From NCBI RefSeq assembly GCF_988243305.1, contig NZ_OZ547136.1: a DNA stretch of 64,000 nucleotides; one strand, 5' to 3'. The position numbers were made by a program, and so were the translations under genes. The notes below the pieces were generated by a model. That model ran no database searches and was not told the DNA's origin. It saw nothing but the letters and a program-made list of their open reading frames with translations. Of this stretch, positions 28,679-39,127 are shown in pieces. The number at the start of each line of letters is the position of its first letter. Position 1 is the first letter of the stretch.

Positions 28679-29602
28679 TCACGCCGCCAGCAAGGAGACG
28701 AACGCTAAAAATGCAAAGCCAAACCCAGCCCAGGTAATGCGCGGAGTAATATCAAGACGCAGACGGGCCATGCTGTTTTCGAACAGCGCGATAACCAGTA
28801 CGCCGACGACCAGTTTGACGATGGCAATCACCAGCGCCAGCAGCAGCCCACCGGCGGTGAAGGTTTCCATTTGTCCCCACGGAATAAACACCCCGACGAA
28901 CATCTGCAACACCACCAGCTGTTTCAGGCTGATAGCCCATTTCATGACGCCAAAGCCACTGCCGCTATACTCAGAGAGCGGACCTTCCTGCAACTCCTGC
29001 TCGGCTTCCGCCAGGTCGAACGGCAGTTTGCCCATTTCGATAAAGGTGGCGAATGCACAGGCACAAAGCGCCAGCACCAGCGGGATGCTCTGGCTCAGCG
29101 GCCAGTGATAAACGGTGTCGGTGATGTTGCTGATGTTGGTGGAACCGGCAACCTGCGCCGCAACCCACAGACCAAGCAGCAGCATCGGTTCGACCAGCAC
29201 GCCAAGCATCGCTTCACGGCTCGCGCCGATAGCGGTAAACGGGCTACCGGTATCCAGACCAGAAATGGCAAAGAAGAAACGCGCGATGGCAAAGAGATAC
29301 AGTAAAGTGATCAAATCGCCCAGCTGCGGCAGCGGAGAACCAACGGTCACCACCGGCAGCGCAGTAGCGATAGTCAGCATGACGCCCACCATCACATACG
29401 GCGTCAGGCGGAACACCCAGCCGGAGGCATCCGGGCCAACACTCTGGCGGCCCAGCAGTTTGATAATGTCGCGATACTCCTGCAACACGCCCGGCCCGCG
29501 ACGGTTATGCAAGCGGGCGCGCGCCACGCGGGTTATACCGGAGAGCAGCGGCGCAACGGCAAATAACACCAGCGCCTGAATTAACGGATATAAAACACTC
29601 AT
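28679..29602 (-). CDS. hycD: FHL membrane subunit (NuoH-like)
   Basis: 307 aa polytopic membrane protein recognised as HycD. Confidence 0.94.
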   Translation of the reverse strand: MSVLYPLIQALVLFAVAPLLSGITRVARARLHNRRGPGVLQEYRDIIKLLGRQSVGPDASGWVFRLTPYVMVGVMLTIATALPVVTVGSPLPQLGDLITLLYLFAIARFFFAISGLDTGSPFTAIGASREAMLGVLVEPMLLLGLWVAAQVAGSTNISNITDTVYHWPLSQSIPLVLALCACAFATFIEMGKLPFDLAEAEQELQEGPLSEYSGSGFGVMKWAISLKQLVVLQMFVGVFIPWGQMETFTAGGLLLALVIAIVKLVVGVLVIALFENSMARLRLDITPRITWAGFGFAFLAFVSLLAA

Positions 29603-29604
29603 TC

Positions 29605-31431
29605 TCAGGCTCCTCGTGAAACAATAATCACCACCAGTACCGCCAGTTCAACCAGCGCCATCCGGCGGAACAGCAACGCACTCCCCTCGCACTGCCAGCC
29701 CGGTACCAGCGACACCGGATTCAGCCATTTGCGCAGTTTCAGCACCGGCGCAAACGCCTGTTTCACCGGCATGGCAAAACCGTGAGCAGTAATCACCATT
29801 GATTTTTCATGGTCGTAGCCGCACACCCAGGCCGCGCCGCGGGAACGCGACGGCAAACGATCGCCTTTGCAAATCGCCATAATGATGAATGGCAGCAGCG
29901 GGCAGGCAATCAGCAGCAACGTGATCATGGGTTGAGAAACGGTGGTGTTAGCAGGCTCCAGCGGCAGAGGTACAGCAGCAGAGAGCATCGGCAGCAGCCA
30001 CGGCGCAGCAACACCGCCAATTACGCAGCAAATCGCCAGTGCCACTACGCTTACGCTCATCAGGAGCGGCGCACAGGTGGCGTTTTCGGCTTCTTTGGTA
30101 CGCGGCGCGCCGAGGAACGTGACGCCATAGACTTTCGCCATACACATCACCGCCAGCGCACCGGTAATTGCCAGACCCACTGCGAGCAGCGGCCCCAGCA
30201 GACGGGCAACAAACGCGCCACTATTGCTCAGTTTGAAGAAGGATTGATAGATAACCCATTCCCCGGCAAACCCGTTCAGCGGCGGCAACGCAGCCATTGC
30301 CATCAGCCCAACTAACATGGCGATGGAGATAACCGGCATTTTCTTGCCAATACCACCGAGTTTTTCGATATCGCGATGACCGGTACGGAACCAGACGCTC
30401 CCCGCCCCGAGGAACAGTACGCTTTTGAACAGGCTATGGTTAAGCAGATGGTACAGACCACCAACCAGGCCAAGAGCAATCAGCGCCGGTTGTTCGAGCG
30501 CAATACCCGTTACGCCAGCGCCCAGCCCCAGCAGGATGATGCCGATATTTTCCAGGGTGTGGTAAGCCAGCAGGCGCTGGATGTTGTGCTCCATCAGCGC
30601 ATACAGACCGCCGACGAACGCGGTGATCATACCGAGCACCAGCAGCGCGATCCCCCACCACAGCGGTGCGTTACCGCCCAGCAGCGACAGGGTTAAAATG
30701 CCCAGCAGGCCGATTTTCATCACCACCGTAGAAAACAACGCGGCAGCTGGCGCAGAGGCGTTAGCATGTGCCTGCGGCACCCAGCCGTGCAGCGGAATAA
30801 TCCCGGCCAGCAGGCCAAAGCCAATCACACCGAGCAGCCAGATATCGGAACCGAGCGGCAGCTGTTGCATACGCATATCCAGCAGGCGCAGATCCAGCGT
30901 GCCGTAACGCTGCCACAGCAGCCAGCAGGCAATCGCCAGCAGCAGAGTGCCAAGACGCCCCAGCGCAAACCACAGTTTGCCCTCTTTGCTGTTGCTGGTA
31001 AGGAACACCGCGCACAGGGCCATGATTTCGGCCATTACCACGAACATGCTGAGGTTGCTGGCAATGACGGCGCAGACGGCGGCAGCCATCAACATATTGA
31101 TCTGCAAGCCGTTGCACTTCACCTGCGCGTGGCGATGCCAGTCAATGTTGTAGAGGCTGACAAACAGACCGCACAGACCGAGCGTAATCAGCCAAATCGC
31201 GTTAAGCGGAGAGATTTGCACATCGTAGCTTACCAGCGACAGCGCACCGCTCACGCCAACCGCGCCAGTCAGCACAGTAAAGCCCGCGGCTGCCGTATAC
31301 AGGCTACCAACCGCGCCGCCAATTCCGGCTATCCAGCCGCTTAGCGCCTTTTGAAAAGAAAAGAGAAATGCCAGAACAGCGGCGGCGACAAACCACGCCA
31401 CGCCGCTATTGATCAGGGAAATTGCGCTCAT
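29605..31431 (-). CDS. hycC: FHL membrane subunit (NuoL/M antiporter-like)
   Basis: 608 aa polytopic membrane protein recognised as HycC. Confidence 0.94.
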   Translation of the reverse strand: MSAISLINSGVAWFVAAAVLAFLFSFQKALSGWIAGIGGAVGSLYTAAAGFTVLTGAVGVSGALSLVSYDVQISPLNAIWLITLGLCGLFVSLYNIDWHRHAQVKCNGLQINMLMAAAVCAVIASNLSMFVVMAEIMALCAVFLTSNSKEGKLWFALGRLGTLLLAIACWLLWQRYGTLDLRLLDMRMQQLPLGSDIWLLGVIGFGLLAGIIPLHGWVPQAHANASAPAAALFSTVVMKIGLLGILTLSLLGGNAPLWWGIALLVLGMITAFVGGLYALMEHNIQRLLAYHTLENIGIILLGLGAGVTGIALEQPALIALGLVGGLYHLLNHSLFKSVLFLGAGSVWFRTGHRDIEKLGGIGKKMPVISIAMLVGLMAMAALPPLNGFAGEWVIYQSFFKLSNSGAFVARLLGPLLAVGLAITGALAVMCMAKVYGVTFLGAPRTKEAENATCAPLLMSVSVVALAICCVIGGVAAPWLLPMLSAAVPLPLEPANTTVSQPMITLLLIACPLLPFIIMAICKGDRLPSRSRGAAWVCGYDHEKSMVITAHGFAMPVKQAFAPVLKLRKWLNPVSLVPGWQCEGSALLFRRMALVELAVLVVIIVSRGA

Positions 31432-32039
31432 TTAGCCTCTCCACTTTGAGCCTGCTGAAACAAGGTGAGATCGCCAAAGTCCGTGTTAAAAGTCAGCTCA
31501 CGCTTACGTTTGCTGACGCGGGCGATATCGGTGTTATCCACCAGATGCAGGGCTTTAGTCGGGCACATCCGCACGCAGGCCGGACCTTGTTCATCAAAAC
31601 TACAAAGGTCACATTTGACGGCGATCGCGCGAATACCTGGCACCCAGTCAAGCAATGTGCTGACACGCGCCGGAGCAGGCGGTGCCGGTGGCGCTTTCGG
31701 GGTATTGGCGTTTGCCGGAATATCCAGCGGACGGCTGCCGGAAAATTCAATTGCGCCAAACGGGCAGGCGATGCCGCACAGTTTGCAGCTTACGCACAGA
31801 CTTTCATTCAACTGCACGGCCCCATCAACGCGGGTGATGGCGTTAACCGGGCAAACCACCGCACAGGGCGCATCTTCACAGTGGTGACAGAGCTGCGGCG
31901 CAGATTCTTTTTCATTGAGCATCACTCGCAGGCGCGGCATTGATTGCAGGCCGTGCTGGCGATGCGTCTCTGAACAGGCGGCCTCACAGGTGTGGCAGCC
32001 GATACAGAGCGTGGAGTCAGCAATTACAAAACGATTCAC
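31428..32039 (-). CDS. hycB: FHL iron-sulfur subunit (4x[4Fe-4S])
   Basis: 203 aa with several CxxCxxCxxxCP motifs. Confidence 0.94.
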   Translation of the reverse strand: MNRFVIADSTLCIGCHTCEAACSETHRQHGLQSMPRLRVMLNEKESAPQLCHHCEDAPCAVVCPVNAITRVDGAVQLNESLCVSCKLCGIACPFGAIEFSGSRPLDIPANANTPKAPPAPPAPARVSTLLDWVPGIRAIAVKCDLCSFDEQGPACVRMCPTKALHLVDNTDIARVSKRKRELTFNTDFGDLTLFQQAQSGEAK

Positions 32040-32163
32040 CAGGCATTCCTCAGGTGATTGTCATTTTTGACGAAAACATGCCGATGAAATGTCATTTTCG
32101 ACACTCATCGACACGCCCATCCCCAAACAGGCGTAACGCCTGCAAAACGGGCAAAGCCTCAGC

Positions 32164-32625
32164 TCATGCTGCCGGGCTTTGTCCCTTTACCAGTTGGCTT
32201 AAATTCACCGGCACATTGTTTTCAATGGCGGTGTATAAGCTGTCGTAAACGCCAGCGATTTTTTCGAGATAGTGTTCCAGAACCTGTTCGCGATCGCGGA
32301 TGTTGACCTTGCCATCAATCATGCCGTCAATGCTCAGTTGCGCCTGCGCAATCCGCTGTTTGTCTTCACCATCTTTTGTTTCGACGTAATACTCGATGGT
32401 GTGGCTGTTAAAGCCATCCGCCAGGGTGACGTAAATGCGAAAATGTTCAAAAAGGACGAAACAGAGTTCTTTGTCCGGCGCGCAGCTCATGGCGTGATGC
32501 AGGCGCGCTTTCGATAACGTGATCCCCTGAACCAGCGAATTGCAGTAGATGTGCCACTGGTCCTGTAGGCGACGATGCCGCTGTGCGATGTAATCGGCTT
32601 TCTCGCTTATTTCCCAAATAGTCAT
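32164..32625 (-). CDS. hycA: Formate hydrogenlyase regulatory protein HycA
   Basis: 153 aa recognised as HycA; first gene of the hyc operon. Confidence 0.93.
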   Translation of the reverse strand: MTIWEISEKADYIAQRHRRLQDQWHIYCNSLVQGITLSKARLHHAMSCAPDKELCFVLFEHFRIYVTLADGFNSHTIEYYVETKDGEDKQRIAQAQLSIDGMIDGKVNIRDREQVLEHYLEKIAGVYDSLYTAIENNVPVNLSQLVKGQSPAA

Positions 32626-32661
32626 TGTCAGGTTACCCGTTTAACAGAGATGCCAGCTTTA

Positions 32662-32677
32662 AGCATTTTTTGTGCCA
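32662..32677 (-). promoter_or_regulatory. Sigma-54 promoter for the hyc operon
   Basis: Minus strand reads TGGCACAAAAAATGCT (GG-N10-GC) about 40 bp upstream of hycA. Confidence 0.7.
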
Positions 32678-32790
32678 ACTTTTAATTTATTGTTATTAAA
32701 GCGATTTTTAAGCTAAAGATGAATTTCGTCGCCGTGTCGACGTGTCATTTCGACATCATCGACATTATTCACCGCAGGGATAATCAACAC

Positions 32791-32806
32791 TGGCACAATT
32801 ATTGCT
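32791..32806 (+). promoter_or_regulatory. Sigma-54 promoter for the hyp operon
   Basis: TGGCACAATTATTGCT is a perfect -24/-12 element about 30 bp upstream of hypA; TCGAC-rich repeats upstream (about 32725-32760) are consistent with an FhlA UAS. Confidence 0.75.
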
Positions 32807-32836
32807 TGTAGCTGGCAATAGTTAATGGGAGGCGAT

Positions 32837-33187
32837 ATGCACGAAATAACCCTCTGCCAACGGGCACTGGAATTGATCGAACAGCAGGCCGCAAAACACG
32901 GCGCAAAACGCGTAACTGGGGTCTGGCTCAAAATTGGCGCATTTTCTTGTGTCGAAACCAGCTCTCTTGCCTTTTGTTTTGATCTGGTTTGCCGCGGCAG
33001 CGTGGCGGAAGGTTGTAAACTGCACCTCGAAGAACAAGAGGCCGAATGCTGGTGTGAAACATGCCAACAGTATGTGACGCTACTGACCCAGCGCGTCCGC
33101 CGCTGTCCACAGTGTCATGGTGACATGCTACAGATTGTGGCAGACGACGGTTTACAGATTCGGCGGATAGAAATAGACCAGGAGTGA
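32837..33187 (+). CDS. hypA: Hydrogenase nickel insertion protein HypA
   Basis: Start trimmed to MHEITLCQRALELIEQ; zinc-finger CxxC ... CxxC. Confidence 0.95.
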   Translation: MHEITLCQRALELIEQQAAKHGAKRVTGVWLKIGAFSCVETSSLAFCFDLVCRGSVAEGCKLHLEEQEAECWCETCQQYVTLLTQRVRRCPQCHGDMLQIVADDGLQIRRIEIDQE

Positions 33188-33190
33188 GCG

Positions 33191-34063
33191 ATGTGTACAA
33201 CATGCGGTTGCGGTGAAGGCAACCTGTATATCGAGGGTGATGAACATAACCCTCATTCCGCGTTTCGTAGCGCGCCATTTGCCCCGGCGGCACGCCCGAA
33301 GATGAAAATCACCGGCATTAAAACGCCTGAATTTACCCCCAGCCAGACTGAAGAAGGCGACCTGCATTACGGTCATGGCGAAGCGGGCACTCACGCGCCG
33401 GGCATGAGCCAGCGTCGGATGCTGGAAGTCGAAATTGACGTGCTGGACAAAAATAACCGTCTGGCTGAACGCAACCGCGCGCGCTTTGCTGCCCGCAAGC
33501 AACTAGTGCTCAACCTGGTTTCCAGCCCTGGTTCCGGTAAAACCACCCTGCTGACGGAAACCTTAATGCGCCTGAAAGACAGCGTTCCGTGCGCGGTTAT
33601 TGAAGGCGACCAGCAAACCGTGAACGATGCCGCGCGCATTCGCGCTACCGGCACACCAGCGATTCAGGTGAATACCGGTAAAGGCTGCCATCTTGACGCA
33701 CAGATGATTGCCGACGCCGCGCCGCGCCTGCCACTGGACGATAACGGTATTCTGTTTATCGAAAACGTCGGCAACCTCGTGTGCCCGGCCAGCTTCGATC
33801 TCGGTGAAAAACACAAAGTGGCGGTGCTTTCCGTTACCGAAGGTGAAGACAAACCGCTGAAATATCCGCATATGTTTGCCGCAGCTTCGCTGATGCTGCT
33901 CAACAAAGTTGACTTGCTGCCGTATCTCAACTTTGACGTTGAGAAGTGCATCGCCTGCGCCCGCGAAGTCAATCCAGAAATTGAAATCATCCTTATTTCC
34001 GCCACCAGCGGCGAAGGGATGGACCAGTGGCTGAACTGGCTGGAGACACAGCGATGTGCATAG
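33191..34063 (+). CDS. hypB: Hydrogenase nickel incorporation GTPase HypB
   Basis: 290 aa with N-terminal [10 protein letters not shown] metal-binding motif and [10 protein letters not shown]-loop. Confidence 0.96.
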   Translation: MCTTCGCGEGNLYIEGDEHNPHSAFRSAPFAPAARPKMKITGIKTPEFTPSQTEEGDLHYGHGEAGTHAPGMSQRRMLEVEIDVLDKNNRLAERNRARFAARKQLVLNLVSSPGSGKTTLLTETLMRLKDSVPCAVIEGDQQTVNDAARIRATGTPAIQVNTGKGCHLDAQMIADAAPRLPLDDNGILFIENVGNLVCPASFDLGEKHKVAVLSVTEGEDKPLKYPHMFAAASLMLLNKVDLLPYLNFDVEKCIACAREVNPEIEIILISATSGEGMDQWLNWLETQRCA

Positions 34064-34326
34064 GCGTTCCCGGCCAGATCCGCACCATTGACGGCAACCA
34101 GGCGAAAGTCGACGTCTGCGGCATTCAGCGCGATGTCGATTTAACGTTAGTCGGCAGCTGCGATGAAAACGGTCAGCCACGCGTAGGCCAGTGGGTACTG
34201 GTTCACGTTGGCTTTGCCATGAGCGTAATTAATGAAGCCGAAGCGCGCGACACTCTCGACGCCTTACAAAACATGTTTGACGTTGAGCCGGATGTCGGTG
34301 CGCTGTTGTATGGCGAGGAAAAATAA
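34054..34326 (+). CDS. hypC: Hydrogenase maturation chaperone HypC
   Basis: Start trimmed to [15 protein letters not shown] (90 aa). Confidence 0.95.
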   Translation: MCIGVPGQIRTIDGNQAKVDVCGIQRDVDLTLVGSCDENGQPRVGQWVLVHVGFAMSVINEAEARDTLDALQNMFDVEPDVGALLYGEEK

Positions 34327-35447
34327 TGCGTTTTGTTGATGAATATCGCGCGCCGGAACAGGTGATGCAGTTAATTGAGCATCTGCGCGAACGTGCTTCA
34401 CATCTCTCTTACACCGCCGAACGCCCTCTGCGGATTATGGAAGTGTGTGGCGGTCATACCCACGCCATTTTTAAATTCGGCCTCGACCAGTTGCTGCCGG
34501 AAAACGTTGAGTTTATCCACGGTCCCGGTTGCCCGGTGTGCGTACTGCCGATGGGCAGAATCGACACCTGCGTGGAGATTGCCAGCCATCCGGAAGTCAT
34601 CTTCTGTACCTTTGGCGACGCCATGCGCGTACCAGGGAAACAGGGTTCGCTGTTACAGGCAAAGGCACGCGGTGCCGATGTGCGCATCGTTTACTCGCCG
34701 ATGGATGCGTTGAAACTGGCGCAGGAGAATCCAACCCGCAAAGTGGTGTTCTTCGGCTTAGGTTTTGAAACTACCATGCCGACCACCGCCATCACGTTGC
34801 AACAGGCAAAAGCCCGCGATGTGCAGAATTTTTACTTCTTCTGCCAGCACATTACGCTTATCCCGACGCTGCGCAGTTTGCTGGAACAGCCAGATAACGG
34901 TATCGACGCGTTCCTCGCGCCGGGCCACGTCAGTATGGTGATCGGCACTGATGCCTATAATTTTATCGCCAGCGATTTTCATCGTCCGCTGGTGGTCGCT
35001 GGTTTCGAACCGCTTGATCTACTGCAAGGCGTGGTCATGCTGGTGGAGCAGAAAATAGCGGCCCACAGCAAGGTAGAGAATCAGTATCGCCGGGTAGTGC
35101 CGGATGCCGGTAACCTGCTGGCGCAACAGGCAATTGCCGATGTGTTCTGTGTCAACGGCGACAGCGAATGGCGCGGCTTAGGCGTGATTGAATCTTCCGG
35201 GGTGCACCTGACGCCGGATTATCAGCGATTCGATGCCGAAGCACATTTCCGCCCGGCACCGCAGCAGGTCTGCGATGACCCGCGTGCGCGTTGTGGCGAA
35301 GTATTAACGGGCAAATGTAAGCCGCATCAATGCCCGCTATTTGGTAACACCTGTAATCCTCAAACCGCGTTTGGTGCGCTGATGGTTTCCTCCGAAGGAG
35401 CGTGCGCCGCGTGGTATCAGTATCGTCAGCAGGAGAGTGAAGCGTGA
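34326..35447 (+). CDS. hypD: Hydrogenase maturation protein HypD
   Basis: 373 aa with conserved CGGHTHAI and CPVC motifs. Confidence 0.96.
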   Translation: MRFVDEYRAPEQVMQLIEHLRERASHLSYTAERPLRIMEVCGGHTHAIFKFGLDQLLPENVEFIHGPGCPVCVLPMGRIDTCVEIASHPEVIFCTFGDAMRVPGKQGSLLQAKARGADVRIVYSPMDALKLAQENPTRKVVFFGLGFETTMPTTAITLQQAKARDVQNFYFFCQHITLIPTLRSLLEQPDNGIDAFLAPGHVSMVIGTDAYNFIASDFHRPLVVAGFEPLDLLQGVVMLVEQKIAAHSKVENQYRRVVPDAGNLLAQQAIADVFCVNGDSEWRGLGVIESSGVHLTPDYQRFDAEAHFRPAPQQVCDDPRARCGEVLTGKCKPHQCPLFGNTCNPQTAFGALMVSSEGACAAWYQYRQQESEA

Positions 35448-36454
35448 ATAATATCCAACTCGCCCACGGCAGCGGCGGCCAGGCGATGCAGCAATTAATC
35501 AACAGCCTGTTTATGGAAGCCTTTGCCAACCCGTGGCTGGCAGAGCAGGAAGATCAGGCCCGTCTTGATCTGGCGCAGCTGGTAGCGGAAGGCGACCGTC
35601 TGGCGTTCTCCACCGACAGTTACGTCATTGACCCGCTGTTCTTTCCTGGCGGTAATATCGGCAAGCTGGCGATTTGCGGCACCGCGAACGACGTTGCGGT
35701 CAGTGGCGCAATTCCGCGCTATCTCTCCTGTGGCTTTATCCTCGAAGAAGGATTGCCGATGGAGACACTGAAAGCCGTAGTGACCAGCATGGCAGAAACC
35801 GCCCGCGCGGCAGGCATTGCCATCGTTACTGGCGACACCAAAGTGGTGCAGCGCGGCGCGGCAGATAAACTGTTTATCAACACCGCTGGCATGGGCGCAA
35901 TTCCGGCGAATATTCACTGGGGCGCACAGACGCTAACCGCAGGCGATGTATTGCTGGTTAGCGGTACACTCGGCGACCACGGGGCGACTATCCTTAACCT
36001 GCGTGAGCAACTGGGGCTGGACGGCGAACTGGTCAGCGACTGCGCGGTACTAACGCCGCTTATTCAGACGCTGCGTGACATTCCCGGCGTGAAAGCGCTG
36101 CGTGATGCCACCCGTGGTGGTGTGAACGCGGTAGTTCATGAGTTCGCGGCAGCCTGCGGTTGCGGTATTGAAATTTCAGAAGCGGCACTGCCGGTTAAAC
36201 CTGCTGTGCGCGGCGTTTGCGAACTGCTGGGACTGGACGCCCTTAACTTTGCCAACGAAGGCAAACTGGTGATCGCCGTTGAACGCAACGCGGCAGAGCA
36301 AGTGCTGGCGGCGTTACATTCCCATCCACTGGGAAAAGACGCGGCGCTGATTGGTGAAGTGGTGGAACGTAAAGGTGTTCGTCTTGCCGGTCTGTATGGC
36401 GTGAAACGAACCCTCGATTTACCACACGCCGAACCGTTACCGCGTATATGCTAA
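35444..36454 (+). CDS. hypE: Hydrogenase maturation carbamoyl dehydratase HypE
   Basis: 336 aa PurM-like protein recognised as HypE. Confidence 0.95.
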   Translation: MNNIQLAHGSGGQAMQQLINSLFMEAFANPWLAEQEDQARLDLAQLVAEGDRLAFSTDSYVIDPLFFPGGNIGKLAICGTANDVAVSGAIPRYLSCGFILEEGLPMETLKAVVTSMAETARAAGIAIVTGDTKVVQRGAADKLFINTAGMGAIPANIHWGAQTLTAGDVLLVSGTLGDHGATILNLREQLGLDGELVSDCAVLTPLIQTLRDIPGVKALRDATRGGVNAVVHEFAAACGCGIEISEAALPVKPAVRGVCELLGLDALNFANEGKLVIAVERNAAEQVLAALHSHPLGKDAALIGEVVERKGVRLAGLYGVKRTLDLPHAEPLPRIC

Positions 36455-36527
36455 TAAAATTCTAAATCTCCTATAGTTAGTCAATGACCTTTTGCACCGC
36501 TTTGCGGTGCTTTCCTGGAAGAACAAA

Positions 36528-38606
36528 ATGTCATATACACCGATGAGTGATCTCGGACAACAAGGGTTGTTCGACATCACTCGGACACTATTGCAGCAGC
36601 CCGATCTGGCCTCGCTGTGTGAGGCTCTTTCGCAACTGGTAAAGCGTTCTGCGCTCGCCGACAACGCGGCTATTGTGTTGTGGCAAGCGCAGACTCAACG
36701 TGCGTCTTATTACGCATCGCGTGAAAAAGACACCCCCATTAAATATGAAGACGAAACTGTTCTGGCACACGGTCCGGTACGCAGCATTTTGTCGCGCCCT
36801 GATACGCTGCATTGCAGTTACGAAGAATTTTGTGAAACCTGGCCGCAGCTGGCCGCAGGTGGGCTATACCCAAAATTTGGTCACTATTGCCTGATGCCAC
36901 TGGCGGCAGAAGGGCATATTTTTGGTGGCTGTGAATTTATTCGTTATGACGATCGCCCCTGGAGCGAAAAAGAGTTCAATCGTCTGCAAACATTTACGCA
37001 GATCGTTTCTGTCGTCACCGAACAAATCCAGAGTCGAGTCGTTAACAATGTTGACTATGAGTTGTTATGCCGGGAACGCGATAACTTCCGCATCCTGGTC
37101 GCCATCACCAACGCGGTGCTTTCCCGCCTGGATATGGACGAACTGGTCAGCGAAGTCGCCAAAGAAATCCATTACTATTTCGACATTGACGATATCAGCA
37201 TTGTCTTACGCAGCCACCGTAAAAACAAACTCAACATCTACTCCACTCACTATCTTGATAAACAACATCCCGCCCACGAACAGAGCGAAGTCGATGAAGC
37301 CGGAACCCTCACCGAACGCGTGTTCAAAAGCAAAGAGATGCTGCTGATTAATCTCCACGAGCGGGACGATTTAGCCCCCTATGAACGCATGTTGTTCGAC
37401 ACCTGGGGCAACCAGATTCAAACCTTGTGCCTGTTACCGCTGATGTCTGGCGATACCATGCTGGGCGTGCTGAAACTGGCGCAATGCGAAGAGAAAGTGT
37501 TTACCACTACCAATTTGAATTTACTGCGCCAGATTGCCGAACGTGTGGCAATCGCTGTCGATAACGCCCTCGCCTATCAGGAAATCCATCGTCTGAAAGA
37601 ACGGCTGGTTGATGAAAACCTCGCCCTGACCGAGCAGCTCAACAATGTTGATAGTGAATTTGGCGAGATTATTGGCCGCAGCGAAGCCATGTACAGCGTA
37701 CTTAAACAAGTTGAAATGGTGGCGCAAAGTGACAGTACTGTTCTGATCCTCGGTGAAACTGGTACAGGTAAAGAGCTGATTGCCCGCGCGATCCATAATC
37801 TCAGTGGGCGTAATAATCGCCGCATGGTCAAAATGAACTGCGCGGCGATGCCTGCCGGATTGCTGGAGAGCGATCTGTTTGGTCATGAGCGTGGGGCTTT
37901 TACCGGTGCCAGCGCCCAGCGTATCGGTCGTTTTGAACTGGCGGATAAAAGCTCCCTGTTCCTCGACGAAGTGGGCGATATGCCACTGGAGTTACAGCCG
38001 AAGTTGCTGCGTGTATTACAGGAACAGGAGTTTGAACGTCTCGGCAGCAACAAAATCATTCAGACGGACGTGCGTCTAATCGCCGCAACTAACCGCGATC
38101 TGAAAAAAATGGTCGCCGACCGAGAGTTCCGTAGCGATCTCTATTACCGCCTGAACGTATTCCCGATCCACCTGCCGCCACTACGCGAGCGTCCGGAAGA
38201 TATTCCGCTGCTGGCGAAAGCCTTTACCTTCAAAATTGCCCGTCGTCTGGGGCGTAATATCGACAGCATTCCTGCCGAGACGCTGCGCACCTTGAGCAAC
38301 ATGGAGTGGCCGGGTAACGTACGCGAACTGGAAAACGTCATTGAGCGCGCAGTATTGCTGACACGCGGCAACGTGCTGCAGCTGTCATTGCCAGATATTG
38401 TTTTACCGGAACCAGAAACGCCGCCTGCCGCAACAGTTGTCGCTCAGGAGGGCGAAGATGAATATCAGTTGATTGTTCGCGTGCTGAAAGAAACTAACGG
38501 CGTGGTTGCCGGGCCTAAAGGCGCTGCGCAACGTCTGGGGCTGAAACGCACGACCCTGCTGTCACGGATGAAGCGGCTTGGAATTGATAAATCGGCATTG
38601 ATTTAA
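36528..38606 (+). CDS. fhlA: Formate hydrogenlyase transcriptional activator FhlA (sigma-54 dependent)
   Basis: Start trimmed to MSYTPMSDLGQQGLFDITR; two GAF regions, AAA+ domain ([14 protein letters not shown]) and C-terminal HTH. Confidence 0.96.
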   Translation: MSYTPMSDLGQQGLFDITRTLLQQPDLASLCEALSQLVKRSALADNAAIVLWQAQTQRASYYASREKDTPIKYEDETVLAHGPVRSILSRPDTLHCSYEEFCETWPQLAAGGLYPKFGHYCLMPLAAEGHIFGGCEFIRYDDRPWSEKEFNRLQTFTQIVSVVTEQIQSRVVNNVDYELLCRERDNFRILVAITNAVLSRLDMDELVSEVAKEIHYYFDIDDISIVLRSHRKNKLNIYSTHYLDKQHPAHEQSEVDEAGTLTERVFKSKEMLLINLHERDDLAPYERMLFDTWGNQIQTLCLLPLMSGDTMLGVLKLAQCEEKVFTTTNLNLLRQIAERVAIAVDNALAYQEIHRLKERLVDENLALTEQLNNVDSEFGEIIGRSEAMYSVLKQVEMVAQSDSTVLILGETGTGKELIARAIHNLSGRNNRRMVKMNCAAMPAGLLESDLFGHERGAFTGASAQRIGRFELADKSSLFLDEVGDMPLELQPKLLRVLQEQEFERLGSNKIIQTDVRLIAATNRDLKKMVADREFRSDLYYRLNVFPIHLPPLRERPEDIPLLAKAFTFKIARRLGRNIDSIPAETLRTLSNMEWPGNVRELENVIERAVLLTRGNVLQLSLPDIVLPEPETPPAATVVAQEGEDEYQLIVRVLKETNGVVAGPKGAAQRLGLKRTTLLSRMKRLGIDKSALI

Positions 38607-38650
38607 CAGATGTGGTTATACTCGATCAACATTCAATGAAAGGAGGCAGT

Positions 38651-39079
38651 ATGGCAGTTTCAGCAAGAAATCAATTAACCGGAACGGTTAGCGCAGTAGC
38701 AATGGGCGCTGTGAATGATGAAGTAGAACTGACGCTGGCAGGTGGTGCAAAACTGGTGGCAATTGTGACTCACAGCAGCCAGCAGGCTCTTGGTCTGGCA
38801 AAAGGGAAAGAAGCGATTGCCCTGATTAAAGCCCCGTGGGTCACGCTGGCAACGGAAGACTGTGGACTGAAATTCTCTGCTCGCAACCAATTTGCTGGCA
38901 GCGTGTCGACAATCACCGAAGGCGCAGTGAACGCCACTGTCCATATCAAAACGGATGCGGGTTTTGAAATTGTGGCAGTGGTAACAAATGAAAGTCAGGA
39001 TGAAATGAAACTCACCACTGGCTCGCGCGTTATTGCATTGATCAAAGCATCAGCCATCCTGATTGCCACCAAAGCGTAA
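38651..39079 (+). CDS. Tandem TOBE-domain (di-Mop) molybdate/tungstate-binding-like protein
   Basis: About 142 aa from MAVSARNQL, preceded by AGGAGG. Two internal repeats of about 70 aa (SARNQLTGTVS...AIALIKAPWVTLA and SARNQFAGSVS...VIALIKASAILIA) match the Mop/TOBE fold signature. Confidence 0.75.
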   Translation: MAVSARNQLTGTVSAVAMGAVNDEVELTLAGGAKLVAIVTHSSQQALGLAKGKEAIALIKAPWVTLATEDCGLKFSARNQFAGSVSTITEGAVNATVHIKTDAGFEIVAVVTNESQDEMKLTTGSRVIALIKASAILIATKA

Positions 39080-39090
39080 GCGCCTTATTT

Positions 39091-39127
39091 GCCGGAGAGT
39101 ATGGCTCTCCGGCAGATTTATTTCTTT
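39091..39127 (+). terminator. Hairpin (GCCGGAGAG ... CTCTCCGGC) plus T-rich tail after the TOBE gene
   Basis: Perfect 9-bp stem followed by TTTATTTCTTT; convergent with the ygbA 3' end. Confidence 0.6.

Noticed and set aside
36495-36512. Palindrome GCACCGCtttGCGGTGC upstream of fhlA as a regulator binding site
   Set aside because: Equally well explained as a short terminator or attenuator hairpin after hypE; no second half-site or known motif to support an operator call.
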